Shown here piece by piece: positions 26,673 through 36,131 of a stretch of 64,000 nucleotides of DNA. The translations under genes and the position numbers were made by a program. How positions within the stretch are numbered: position 1 is the first letter of the stretch; every line of letters begins with the position of its first letter. Source of the stretch: a virus. The DNA lies in IMG/VR virus record IMGVR_UViG_3300036045_000005, positions 1 to 64,000 of that record. One strand, 5' to 3'. The notes under the pieces were generated by a model that worked only from the letters and a program-made list of their open reading frames with translations, was not told where the DNA came from and did not search any database.

Positions 26673-26905
26673 ACCGCACAGATAACCGAGCGACAAGAGC
26701 GATTAACGTCAATGATTGGGATGCCTATATTGCCCAACGCAATGCGGCGCGGCGGCGTGGGCGAAGTTTGCCGGCCGTACTGCTCGGCGCATTAACGGGG
26801 TTTGCCAGTGCCATTGTTGGCCTGGCTTTTGTGTCGTTGTTATGGGAGGCAGCGGCATGGTTACGAGGATGCTATGAAGATAGCTTCGGGCCGCGACGGC
26901 CGTAA
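26669..26905 (+). CDS. Small membrane protein
   Basis: One TM helix; ATGA overlap. Confidence 0.55.
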   Translation: MNRTDNRATRAINVNDWDAYIAQRNAARRRGRSLPAVLLGALTGFASAIVGLAFVSLLWEAAAWLRGCYEDSFGPRRP

Positions 26906-28400
26906 ACTGAACGCTTACTTGTTGGATGGCGATGGCATGAAGGATATTCCTCTGACGGCCGTCTCTTCCAGCGACATTGAACGGTGGTTCCGCAATGGCA
27001 CGACTACCGCCAAAGACCCGACACAGTATTACGAACGGGTGGTGACGCTCTTTCGTTGCGTGGAGCATCGTGCTTCTTCGCTGGCCACCATGCCGCGCCA
27101 GATCGAAAGCGTGGAAACCGGGCAGAAGGTTGCTACTGCCAATTTCCCCTCACCGCAATTTGATGACGACGGCAAGCCGTTGACTGAGGAAAACCTGCCC
27201 TTTGAGATTGACCTGGACGATCTGCTGTGGCGCACGGAGTTAGCGCAATGTCTGTTGGCCGCATCCTACTGGCATGTGTTAAAGAATCGGGTGAAGGTGA
27301 CGGAAGTACGCTGGTTAGACCCGCGCACTATCAGCCCTAATTACACCCGCTACAAAGGTCTGGTCAGTTTCGGCCGTACCGCCAACGGTATCAACAAAAC
27401 GATTCCCGTGGAGGAGATGGCTTACGTCTGGCGGCCGGGCTTGCAGGAGTTGGGGCCAGGTGTTGCCCCTGGTCAGGTGGCGGCGCGGAAAGCGGGCATT
27501 GCCGATAACATGGACAGCTTCATCGAAATCTTCTTCGAGAAGGGGGCGATGCCGACGATGGTGGTGTTTGCCGAGACACGGCCGGAGGAGCCAGAGCGTA
27601 AGCGAATTAAGAGCTACCTGGAAAAGATCATGACGGGGATTGGTAACGCTTTTGGGATTGAAGTGCTGAATTCCTCGCTCAAATTCCAGACGCTCACCCC
27701 GCCGCTCAAGGACATGATCATCCCGAATATCGAGGACAGTGCCCAGAAGGGTATTGTAGTGGCTTTGTTGGGTGGGGCGGGTTCGGCCGTTATCGGTGGT
27801 TCGGCGAATTTCGCAACGGCCGAAGTGGAAGACATCAACTTTTACAACAAAATCATGATCCCGGAGGCAAACCTTATCTTCCAGAAGCTGAACAAAACCT
27901 TCTTCAAATCTCAGGGGTTGAGGCTGGTGGCCCGGCCAGACCTGCTGGAGGTTTTCCAGCGGCAGGAAAGCCGGAAGGTGCTGGATGCTACCCGCCTGTT
28001 TGACCGGGGAGCGATTACGGCCGATGAGCTGCGCCAGGCGGCGGGCTACCAACCGAGCACAGCGCAAGAGAAACAAGAGGCATTAACCGGGCTGGTGGAT
28101 TTGGCTCAGGCTACCGAAACACAAACTGGTGCGCTCGGCGAAGCCGAGCGCACCAGGGAAAAAGAGCAGGAAGTACGCCGTTGGGAGCGTAAGGTACTTA
28201 AGCGTTTCCCAGATGTACCACCTTACGCCATCCCCTTTGCGCCAGAGCATTTGACCTCACAGGAAGCGATTGCCATTCGCCAGGCGTTGCTGACGGCGGG
28301 GACGGCGGAGGAGGTGAAGGCGGCGTTTGCTGCCCCCTTTCGCCCCGAAAGGCCCTTTCGCGTCCACGCTCGCGTTAAAAGCGGAAGTTCATCGGGATGA
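26874..28400 (+). CDS. Portal protein (HK97-like)
   Basis: LFRCV...A..LA.MP, WLDP..I, FF.KGAMP, ANFATA, GAITADELR. Confidence 0.9.
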   Translation: MKIASGRDGRKLNAYLLDGDGMKDIPLTAVSSSDIERWFRNGTTTAKDPTQYYERVVTLFRCVEHRASSLATMPRQIESVETGQKVATANFPSPQFDDDGKPLTEENLPFEIDLDDLLWRTELAQCLLAASYWHVLKNRVKVTEVRWLDPRTISPNYTRYKGLVSFGRTANGINKTIPVEEMAYVWRPGLQELGPGVAPGQVAARKAGIADNMDSFIEIFFEKGAMPTMVVFAETRPEEPERKRIKSYLEKIMTGIGNAFGIEVLNSSLKFQTLTPPLKDMIIPNIEDSAQKGIVVALLGGAGSAVIGGSANFATAEVEDINFYNKIMIPEANLIFQKLNKTFFKSQGLRLVARPDLLEVFQRQESRKVLDATRLFDRGAITADELRQAAGYQPSTAQEKQEALTGLVDLAQATETQTGALGEAERTREKEQEVRRWERKVLKRFPDVPPYAIPFAPEHLTSQEAIAIRQALLTAGTAEEVKAAFAAPFRPERPFRVHARVKSGSSSG

Positions 28401-29148
28401 CAACGATGACCTGGGTGACATTGAACAGACGGCCGTCACCGATATTCATGTGGCTCTGCAAAAGCAACTGCGGGCAATTCGCAACGGGCACGGCCGTTCT
28501 GAAGATGAAATCATCGCCAGTATTGAGACCATCCTGGCGGCGAACTCCGAAGATTTACTGACGGCCGTCGCTACCCTGCTCACCAGTGGCACCGAAGCGG
28601 GTGGGGCAATGGTGGCCGACACCCTGATCGGTACGGGTATCAGCGTAGATTGGGCATTAGCAGATGCGGCCGCCAGCGAGTTTGTCCAGGGCTATAGCTT
28701 TGACCTGGTGACGGGCATTAACAATACAACGGCCACCCGTCTGCGGGGGGTGCTGCGTAGCTGGATTGAGCAGGGTGGGGACATGGAGGAGCTGGCTAAC
28801 AGCATCCGCCCCATCTTCGCCAATGAGCCAGCCACCGCCCGGATTGAGGCAATCTTCAATGTAGACCGGGCGCAGATGATTGCCGAGACGGAAGCGACGC
28901 GGGCTTATGCTGAGGGCAAGGTGGCCGGTTACATGGCGAGTGGCCTGGCTGACCTCCCGCCGGAGCGCAAGCCGCCGGATGATAGCCATGTGCGCTGCCG
29001 CTGCGATGTGACGTTGGAGAAGCAGGAGAATGGCGAGTGGCATTGGATATGGCTGACGGCGAATGATGAACTTGTATGTGATATTTGCGGCCCGCTTCAC
29101 GAACAATCTGTTGGGTTGGCGAAAGAGGCGTATGTGGTTGCTGCTTGA
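28327..29148 (+). CDS. Minor head protein (MuF / SPP1 gp7-like)
   Basis: GINNTTATRLR, RAQMIAETE..RAY, H.RCRC, W.TANDELVC.IC; start uncertain (see findings). Confidence 0.85.
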   Translation: MLPPFAPKGPFASTLALKAEVHRDDNDDLGDIEQTAVTDIHVALQKQLRAIRNGHGRSEDEIIASIETILAANSEDLLTAVATLLTSGTEAGGAMVADTLIGTGISVDWALADAAASEFVQGYSFDLVTGINNTTATRLRGVLRSWIEQGGDMEELANSIRPIFANEPATARIEAIFNVDRAQMIAETEATRAYAEGKVAGYMASGLADLPPERKPPDDSHVRCRCDVTLEKQENGEWHWIWLTANDELVCDICGPLHEQSVGLAKEAYVVAA

Positions 29149-29199
29149 TTCGTGATGACGATGCCAATATAATGTATGATTAAATCTGATTTAATCAAG
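29145..29199 (+). promoter_or_regulatory. Promoter with tandem operator
   Basis: TTGATT, 17 bp, TATAAT, then TATGAT-TAA-ATCTGAT-TTA-ATCAAG. Confidence 0.6.
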
Positions 29200-29302
29200 T
29201 TGAGTAAAAACGCAGCCACCGACCAGGCAGGACGGCCGTACCGCCTCATTTACCTGGACGGCGTGGGGCATATCCTGACACCGGCCGATTTGGAGGAACT
29301 CT

Positions 29303-29614
29303 ATGCACATTACTGCCAACGAACCGATAGCGCAACAGGTGAGGGTTGTGCTGCTGAATGGAACGGATGTGACGGCGTTGACGACGGAGGTGGACACGAA
29401 GGAGGGGTGGGTGAAGTTGCTGTTGATGGGGGCGAACGGCCGTATCCTGTTGGACAGTGGGTCTAACCCCATTACCTTGCAGGTTCACGGTCGGGTGGTG
29501 GTTGGCTTTCACTCCGTCTACGTTTGCCCCTCCTGTGGCCTGGGCTTTGAGTTTGCCCGTGATTGGGTGCGGCATATTGCTGCGCCCCACTTTGTAGCTG
29601 ATGAGCGAATATAA
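29303..29614 (+). CDS. Hypothetical protein with a C2H2-like finger
   Basis: GGAGG SD; YVCPSCG..F.....WVRH....H. Confidence 0.65.
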   Translation: MHITANEPIAQQVRVVLLNGTDVTALTTEVDTKEGWVKLLLMGANGRILLDSGSNPITLQVHGRVVVGFHSVYVCPSCGLGFEFARDWVRHIAAPHFVADERI

Positions 29615-29996
29615 GATTGAACTGATTGGCGATGAGGAAATCGCCGCGCTATTGGAGGTGTTGAGCAAGCCTTACTTCCTCCAGCCAGCGTTCAACCGGA
29701 TTGGGGCGCGGCTTCGCACGGAGATGGCGAAGTACCCACCACCGCCGCCCGACAGCAAATACCGGCGCACTGGCAAGCTCGGCCGTAGCTGGGCGCATGA
29801 AGTGAAAAGTAGCCTGTTTGCGATGGAGGCGATTATCGGCAACAACACGCCTTACGCCCCAGATGTGCAGGGTGAGGGGCAGCAAGCGGGCATCCACCAG
29901 GGACGCTGGCAGACGGATCAGGAAGTGCTGGATGCCAATACCCATTTTGTGCTTGAGGAGATTGGGGAGGAAGTGGATAAGGTTTTGCGGTCGTGA
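29601..29996 (+). CDS. Virion morphogenesis / neck protein (HK97 gp10-like)
   Basis: YRRTGKLGRSW, IGNNTPYAP.V. Confidence 0.8.
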   Translation: MSEYKIELIGDEEIAALLEVLSKPYFLQPAFNRIGARLRTEMAKYPPPPPDSKYRRTGKLGRSWAHEVKSSLFAMEAIIGNNTPYAPDVQGEGQQAGIHQGRWQTDQEVLDANTHFVLEEIGEEVDKVLRS

Positions 29997-30011
29997 CGGC
30001 CGTGAGGAGAC

Positions 30012-30281
30012 ATGATGTTTATCCAAGTGGGAAAACTAACGATCAACACAGACCAAATTGTTTATGTGGAAGAGCATGATTACCAGGGGGTGGCGATGCT
30101 CACCGTCACGTTTACGCATGGTCTACCCAAGAAATTAGTCGGGGAGGAGGCAGCGGAGTTCAAGGAGAAACTGGCGAAGGTGACAACCGATACTGTTATC
30201 CACTCTCATATAACGTTTCAGGTACCCAAAACGAAAGGGCTGACGGATAGGCTGGCCGCCTATGTGGGGAAGATAAAATGA
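30012..30281 (+). CDS. Hypothetical protein
   Basis: GAGGAG SD; INTDQIVYVEE. Confidence 0.6.
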   Translation: MMFIQVGKLTINTDQIVYVEEHDYQGVAMLTVTFTHGLPKKLVGEEAAEFKEKLAKVTTDTVIHSHITFQVPKTKGLTDRLAAYVGKIK

Positions 30282-30634
30282 GCGACATGATCAGTGCCAA
30301 AGAAGCGGGTGAGTTGATTGGCGTTCACGCTTCCACCATCGGCATCTGGATTCAGACGAGGCAGATAGAGGGCGCGAAGGTGGACGGCTACTGGCAGGTG
30401 CCACGGGCGGCGGCCGAGGCGAAAGCGGCTACTTACAAACGCCCTGTCCCCACACCGGATGAACGGAGCCGAATCACCGTGAGCCGCAAACCACCGGCCA
30501 GACCGGGCATTATTGATGCAGATGCGATGCGCCGGGCCAGGGAAAAGGTGATTGCGGTTTGGTCAGAGTGTATGCCGGAGGCTGAAGCACGGCGATGGTT
30601 TGCCGAGTTATTGGAGGCGATGAAGTCTGATTGA
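30278..30634 (+). CDS. Excisionase-like HTH protein
   Basis: ISAKEAGELIGVHASTIGIWI...GAKV..YWQV. Confidence 0.75.
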   Translation: MSDMISAKEAGELIGVHASTIGIWIQTRQIEGAKVDGYWQVPRAAAEAKAATYKRPVPTPDERSRITVSRKPPARPGIIDADAMRRAREKVIAVWSECMPEAEARRWFAELLEAMKSD

Positions 30635-30731
30635 CTTTTTGTTTTGTTTCTGTAAAATTAAATCAAACAAATTCATGCCCCTCTTGGGAAACCGACAGCG
30701 GCTTGTGAGACCCCTCACAAGCCGCTTTTTT
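30631..30731 (+). promoter_or_regulatory. Late promoter plus leader/attenuator, copy 2 (before capsid)
   Basis: TTGACT, 16 bp, TAAAAT, TAAATCAAA, GCCCCTCTTGGGAAAC, ACAGCGGCTTGTGAG-ACCC-CTCACAAGCCGC-T6. Confidence 0.85.
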
Positions 30732-30748
30732 GTTGTTTGGAGGTCAGT

Positions 30749-33169
30749 ATGCCTTCAGAAGAAGAAATGAAAATCGCCGCTGTGAATGACAGCACGAATG
30801 CCGTCACCACCGGCAGCGACGCGAAAGTAACCGCTATCACCATCACCGGCACGGCCGACAGCGGCACACAAGCGACTGAGCCGACGGCCGTAGAAGCAAC
30901 AACCCCAGTCGAACCAATCCCTGCGACTGAACCAGAACCGGAAGCTGGCAACGAACCGTTGAAAGCCACCGCCCTCAATGACGTAGTAAGCGCGGTGTTT
31001 AGTGCCATCTGGCGCGTGCTAGAAGCCAGCCGTGAATATGATGCCTGGACTTCCCATGTTTACGACGGCTTTGCCATTGTCCAGAAGGGGGCCGGGTATT
31101 GGCGGGTGGATTACACCATCGTGGACGGGCAGGTGGTCTTGCAACCCCGCGAGGCGTGGACGCTGGTGGAAGCGGAGTGGGTGGAAGCCGAGCGGCTAGA
31201 GAACACCACCGTCAGCTTTGGCGGTGAGGTGAAGGCTCTAGGCGCGGGCATCGTCGGTGGCTATCTGGTGAAGTTTAGCGACGCGGACACCCCTGATCTG
31301 GAAGATGATTTCTTCGATGCGGAGACGGATTTCGGCCCGCATGAGAAGTGCCTGGTCTATTACCAGCACGGGCTGGATGCCACGTTAGGCGTGAAGCGTC
31401 TGGGCGGCAAATTCGCCAAAGGGCTGGCAAGCCTGAAGGTTGACAAGGTGGGTGTCTGGATTCAGGCACAACTTGACCTGGCCGACGAATACGAAGCGGC
31501 CGTCTACCAGCTAACGGAAATGGGTAAGATGGGCTGGTCGTCTGGCACGGCCACCCACCTGGTGCGGCGCGAATTGAAGTCAGGGAGCAACGGCCGTAAG
31601 TCGTACCACATCACCACCTGGCCGTTGGGATTGGATGCCAGCCTGACCCCCACACCGGCCGCAGGCCCGGAACAAACCAAAGTTGTACCCCTCAAGTCTT
31701 ATGCCCAGGAGCAGGCAGCCAGGCTGCCCGGCCTAAAGGCGTTGTTACAGGAGGTGAAGACTATGGCTGTCTCCACTTCAACCGCAACCGCGACGGCCGT
31801 ACAACCAACCCCTGCCCCTGGTAAAGAAACAGTAATAACCCAATCGAATAAATCGGAGGATTTCAACATGCCCCCTGAAGAACTTGAAAAATTGATTACC
31901 AACGCAGTGAAAACCGGCGTTGCCGCAGTCGGAGAAAAGGTAACGGCCTTAGAAGCCAAACTCGCTAAAGAACCGGCCGTCAATGACAGCGGCTACAACG
32001 TACCCGGCGAGGATGAAGAAAAGAAGTTTACGGACATCCTGTACAACGTGCGCTACGGCGGTAAGAGCGATGACGAGGTGAAACACCTGGTCATGGACGA
32101 AATAGCTGGCGGTAATTACAAGGCGTTCGTCATGGCCCAGAACATCGCCTTCGCCAAATACATCCGCTTCGGTACTGGCGAGATGGATGCGAAAGAGGTG
32201 AAGTTGCTCAAGCGGCAGGTCTTTGCCCCGGCTTACGTCATCAAAGCGTTGCAAGACGGCATGGACATGCGCGAATTGAAGGACGCGATGGTAGAAGCGC
32301 AGGGTAGCCTGGGTGGGTACGCGGTGCCACCGAACATGCAGGAGAACATCGCCCGGCGTCTACCTGGCCTGACGGCCGTACGCGGTGGCGGCGCTCGTGT
32401 CATCACCCTGGTGCGTGGCAACTCCATCGAAGTGCCCGTCTATAGCGGTGGCAATGACCGCTACGTGGGCAACCTGCGCGGTCAGTGGGGAACAGAAACC
32501 CAGGCCCCAGCCGAACAAAACGCCACGCTCGGCATGGAAACGGTTATCGCCGACATCTACACCTACAAAATCCCGATGTCTACTTCGCTGGTTGAGGATG
32601 CTTCCAACCTGACGACACTGGTAGAAGACGACGTCGTGATGACGGTAGCCATTGATGAGGATGAGGTGTTCCTGATAGGCGACGGTGTGGGAAAGCCGCT
32701 GGGCTGGTTGCCGGGTGCGGCAAACAGCCTGAGCCTGACGGAAGTCAACTCCGGTGGCGCGTCCGCTCTTACGACGGCCGGCATTAAAGCCTTAAAGCGC
32801 GGTGTGGCCTCCCAATATCGTGGCCGGGGCAGCTTTGTTGCCAATAGCGACACCTACGGCGACATCGAAGCCCTCACCGTCAGCGGCACTGGCTCAGATT
32901 TTGCCTTCGGCGACTTGAGCGAAGAGGGTACTTTGCTGCGCCGTCCCGCTTTGGAATCTGAGGCGATGCCTGACGTAGCGGCCAACGCCTTCGCCATCCT
33001 GTTCGCGGACATGAGCGGCTACTACATTGTAGACCGGGCTGGCCTGACAGTGATGCGGATGCAGGACAGTTACACAGGGATCAACAAGGTGGAGTTGCAC
33101 GTGCGCAAGCGCGTTGGTGGCCGACCGGTTGAGACCTGGAAAGCGGCCGTGCAAAAGGTGGCGGCATAG
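30749..33169 (+). CDS. Fused prohead protease / scaffold / HK97-fold major capsid protein
   Basis: GYLVKF...D..D.F, YQHG, GWSSG (protease); GGYAVP, GDGVGKPLG, FADMSGYYIVDR, RKRVGG (capsid); GGAGG SD before ATG 30749. Confidence 0.92.
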   Translation: MPSEEEMKIAAVNDSTNAVTTGSDAKVTAITITGTADSGTQATEPTAVEATTPVEPIPATEPEPEAGNEPLKATALNDVVSAVFSAIWRVLEASREYDAWTSHVYDGFAIVQKGAGYWRVDYTIVDGQVVLQPREAWTLVEAEWVEAERLENTTVSFGGEVKALGAGIVGGYLVKFSDADTPDLEDDFFDAETDFGPHEKCLVYYQHGLDATLGVKRLGGKFAKGLASLKVDKVGVWIQAQLDLADEYEAAVYQLTEMGKMGWSSGTATHLVRRELKSGSNGRKSYHITTWPLGLDASLTPTPAAGPEQTKVVPLKSYAQEQAARLPGLKALLQEVKTMAVSTSTATATAVQPTPAPGKETVITQSNKSEDFNMPPEELEKLITNAVKTGVAAVGEKVTALEAKLAKEPAVNDSGYNVPGEDEEKKFTDILYNVRYGGKSDDEVKHLVMDEIAGGNYKAFVMAQNIAFAKYIRFGTGEMDAKEVKLLKRQVFAPAYVIKALQDGMDMRELKDAMVEAQGSLGGYAVPPNMQENIARRLPGLTAVRGGGARVITLVRGNSIEVPVYSGGNDRYVGNLRGQWGTETQAPAEQNATLGMETVIADIYTYKIPMSTSLVEDASNLTTLVEDDVVMTVAIDEDEVFLIGDGVGKPLGWLPGAANSLSLTEVNSGGASALTTAGIKALKRGVASQYRGRGSFVANSDTYGDIEALTVSGTGSDFAFGDLSEEGTLLRRPALESEAMPDVAANAFAILFADMSGYYIVDRAGLTVMRMQDSYTGINKVELHVRKRVGGRPVETWKAAVQKVAA

Positions 33170-33183
33170 TTGCATAAAAATCC

Positions 33184-33217
33184 GGCGGGGCTGACTATCC
33201 AGCCCCGCCCCTTTCTT
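33184..33217 (+). terminator. Terminator after the capsid gene
   Basis: GGCGGGGCTG-6 nt-CAGCCCCGCC followed by CCTTTCTT. Confidence 0.65.
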
Positions 33218-33230
33218 GGAGGATTCTCTC

Positions 33231-33680
33231 ATGAGCATGTTACTCAATTCTATAGGCAAAGACCTGTACATCCAGGTTTTAGAGCCGGGTCTGACTGCCC
33301 TCACCAACGCGAAATTTCCCGCCTCTGGCTCTTTCATTGATGTCTCTCGCTTCGAGCGGTTCGCGTTTCTGGTCGGTCTGGACGTGATTGCCGATGCCCT
33401 GGATTTCAAGGTACAGCAGGCGACAGCGGTCAACGGCACACCGAAAGACATCACGGGGGCAGCCGATACTGATTCAGCGGGCACTGATGACCAGAAGTGG
33501 ATTGTTATCGAGGTGCAAACCCGCAAGCTGGACATCAACAACGATTACCGATACGTCACGCTGGATGTGAGCGGTGTCAGTGGTACCGACAACGCCTGCA
33601 TCGTTTTTATCGGTGTTCCGACGAAACGGCCGGTCACGCAGCACGCCGACTTCCTGGATCACGTTATCGTCGCTGGGTAG
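33231..33680 (+). CDS. Putative capsid decoration/cement protein
   Basis: Directly after the capsid gene; beta-rich; FIDVSRF...YRYVTL. Confidence 0.6.
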   Translation: MSMLLNSIGKDLYIQVLEPGLTALTNAKFPASGSFIDVSRFERFAFLVGLDVIADALDFKVQQATAVNGTPKDITGAADTDSAGTDDQKWIVIEVQTRKLDINNDYRYVTLDVSGVSGTDNACIVFIGVPTKRPVTQHADFLDHVIVAG

Positions 33681-33749
33681 TCGCCGCCTATTGGTGGCCC
33701 ATGAGGACGGCCGGCGGCACCTGGCCGTCCTCTTATCGGGAGATAACAC

Positions 33750-34097
33750 ATGGCACGTACAGCACTAACCGTAAACGAAATTGATAAGGACGGCCTGATC
33801 GTCAGCCTTTCGGCTGCCAATGCCGATGGGCATTCTGTGGCCGCAGACCGCAATGCGGCTAGTTATATTGAAGTGCTGAACGGTAGTGGCTCGTCCATCA
33901 CCGTCACCATTCAAACCCCGGCCACCGCAGGCGGGCTGGCCATTGCGGATCGTACCGTCTCCATCGGCGCAGGGGTGCGGCAAAAGATTTCATTGGAAGA
34001 TCGAGACCTGTATGTTCGGGACGATGGCACGATCTATGTGGACTTTTCGGCCGTTACCACTGTGACCTGCGGCGCGTTCAAAATCTCGAAGGACTGA
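33750..34097 (+). CDS. Putative minor virion protein
   Basis: MARTALT, V.NGSGSSITVT; head-tail position. Confidence 0.6.
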   Translation: MARTALTVNEIDKDGLIVSLSAANADGHSVAADRNAASYIEVLNGSGSSITVTIQTPATAGGLAIADRTVSIGAGVRQKISLEDRDLYVRDDGTIYVDFSAVTTVTCGAFKISKD

Positions 34098-34099
34098 TA

Positions 34100-34723
34100 A
34101 TGGCCTACGCCACGCTGGAAGAGGTGATGCAGGAGATGGGTGTGCTGGAAGAGGGCATCAATACTGATCTGTTGCAGGCCAAGATTGATGCTGCCCAGGA
34201 CATCGTTGAAAACGTCACCCATCGCTGTTTTGAGGCGGATGCGGATGAAACCCGGCTGATTGATTACAGCGAGGAAACGGTGGACGGCCGCACCCTGCAC
34301 CTGCCCTACGACATTTGCCAGATCGCCGAAGTGCTGAATGGTGATGGTGAGGAAGTCACGGTGAATGAGTACGTGACCACGCCGCGATTACGCACCGTCT
34401 CTAGCGGCTCTTCGGTGATGCCGGCCGTGCGTGATGCCTGGCCCTGGTACGCGCTGACCATCAAATCTTCGGTGTCCAAAGCCTGGACGTATGAGGATGA
34501 CCGGGAGGAGGCGATCAGTATCACCGGCCGGTGGGCTTTTAGCGTGACCCCGCCAGCAGCGATTAAGGCGGCCACCATTCGCCTGGCTCATTGGCTCTAC
34601 ATGCAGAAGGATGACCTGCGCGACCGGGAAGAGAGCGAGGTTTCGCAAGATGGGATTCTCCTGTTGATGGGCGATTTGCCCAATGACGTGCAGGCGCGGC
34701 TGCTGCCGTTTGTGAGGTTGTAA
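34100..34723 (+). CDS. Head-tail adaptor
   Basis: MAYATLEEV, T.R.F, ITGRWAF..PPAAIKAATIRLA. Confidence 0.8.
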   Translation: MAYATLEEVMQEMGVLEEGINTDLLQAKIDAAQDIVENVTHRCFEADADETRLIDYSEETVDGRTLHLPYDICQIAEVLNGDGEEVTVNEYVTTPRLRTVSSGSSVMPAVRDAWPWYALTIKSSVSKAWTYEDDREEAISITGRWAFSVTPPAAIKAATIRLAHWLYMQKDDLRDREESEVSQDGILLLMGDLPNDVQARLLPFVRL

Positions 34724-35184
34724 TGTCAGACCTGGTGGGAATTCACAATGCGTTAGCCGCCCAAACCATCACGCTCACGAACGGCCGTGAGGTTCCGGCG
34801 TGGGCGTTGGATGAGGTGAAGAATAGCGTTATCTCTGACCGACTGCCGATTCGTCTGCTGCTGCCACCGGGCGCGGAAGGGGGTTCGGCCGTTGAGGGTT
34901 TTGAGATGGTCAGCTTCAAGAACGCGCAGGTCGTCTGGCGGGTGGTGGATTTGCTGCTGTACCAAACGATTGGCAAAGCGGGCGGGGTGGCGAATGTGTG
35001 GGAAGTGTTGACGGATTACGTCGCCCAATATGTCCGCTATTTTTCGACGCACCGCAAGCTCACACCCAGCGCAACGATCACCGGCTTTGCTCCACAAGCG
35101 GGTGTGTTTCAATGGCCGCGTGGCAGTGAGAACCAGTATCACGGCGTTCTGATGGCGGTGCTGGTGAGCGAAACGATTTGTTGA
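34723..35184 (+). CDS. Putative tail terminator
   Basis: Position and size. Confidence 0.55.
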   Translation: MSDLVGIHNALAAQTITLTNGREVPAWALDEVKNSVISDRLPIRLLLPPGAEGGSAVEGFEMVSFKNAQVVWRVVDLLLYQTIGKAGGVANVWEVLTDYVAQYVRYFSTHRKLTPSATITGFAPQAGVFQWPRGSENQYHGVLMAVLVSETIC

Positions 35185-35212
35185 CCGCAGAGAATCTGCG
35201 ACCGGAGGACGT

Positions 35213-35608
35213 ATGAACAAAGTCATTGTTACCGAAGCGGGCGATGGGTTTAAGTTTTTAGACCCGTTTGCTAAGGCGTTTAAGGTGAAAGCGGGCGAGA
35301 CGGCCGTCGTTCTGAGCCAGACGTATGCCCATTCGCTGGTGAGGGATGGCTATGCTGAATGGGCAGAGGAGCCAGAACCACCACTAGCGGAAACGGAAGC
35401 GGCTGTATCCGATGAGGAAGCGACTGCTGCGCTGGTGGAAGTGGATGGCATTGGCCCCAAGACGGCCGAGAAGCTGGTAGCGGCTGGCATCCGTTCGCTG
35501 GCTGAATTGGTGGCGGCTGACCCGGCCGCTTTAGCGACAACATTGGACGTGACTGAAAGCAAGGTCGCAGCCTGGCAGGAAGCGTCCGCACAGCTTCAAG
35601 GAGAATAA
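35213..35608 (+). CDS. Helix-hairpin-helix protein
   Basis: LVEVDGIGPKTAEKLVAAGIRSLAELVAAD. Confidence 0.85.
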   Translation: MNKVIVTEAGDGFKFLDPFAKAFKVKAGETAVVLSQTYAHSLVRDGYAEWAEEPEPPLAETEAAVSDEEATAALVEVDGIGPKTAEKLVAAGIRSLAELVAADPAALATTLDVTESKVAAWQEASAQLQGE

Positions 35609-35610
35609 TC

Positions 35611-36084
35611 ATGGCAATATGTGAAGGTTCAAGCGGCGCAGACCTGCTGGTAGAGTATTCCGACGATCCGAGCCTGACCTGGAATGATGTCGGGCACACC
35701 TGGAACGAAGTGAATGGTGTGGTGGGTATGCTCGACGTGACGGGCGGCGACAAGGAAGCGGCGATGAAACGCACCTTTGGCGGCAACGTCATCGCGGGTA
35801 TGACTGGGGCTGGTTTGCAAAATGTCGTTCTGGATGTGGTTTTTGAGAACGATGCCAACAGCTTCCTGGAATTCCTGACTGACACGTGGGATGGCACGGG
35901 TGAACGGTGCTATTACATTCGCTGGTCTTATAACGAGGGTGCCTCTGGCGCGTTACGACGCACGGCCAAAGTCGCCTTGCTGACCAACCCGTTTACGGGC
36001 GGTAATGCGGGTGATGCGAACCCGGTGAGCAAGCAGTTGACGCATGTGGTTGACGGTATTATTCATCGGGATGCAGTTCCTTGA
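35611..36084 (+). CDS. Putative major tail tube protein
   Basis: Position before the tail chaperone and tape measure; 157 aa; AAGGAG SD. Confidence 0.65.
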   Translation: MAICEGSSGADLLVEYSDDPSLTWNDVGHTWNEVNGVVGMLDVTGGDKEAAMKRTFGGNVIAGMTGAGLQNVVLDVVFENDANSFLEFLTDTWDGTGERCYYIRWSYNEGASGALRRTAKVALLTNPFTGGNAGDANPVSKQLTHVVDGIIHRDAVP

Positions 36085-36131
36085 TCGTAAGGGGCGGATC
36101 TCAGACCCGCCCCTATAATAGGAGATGTGCC

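Noticed and set aside
29176-29466. 96-aa ORF MIKSDLIK...
   Set aside because: Its ATG lies inside the operator, 2 nt from the -10 box, and it overlaps the better-supported 29303-29614 gene by more than half; a shorter version cannot be excluded.
36087-36116. REP-like element GTAAGGGGCGG...CCGCCCCTAT
   Set aside because: Single copy with no associated transposase; most simply an intergenic hairpin after the tail tube gene.
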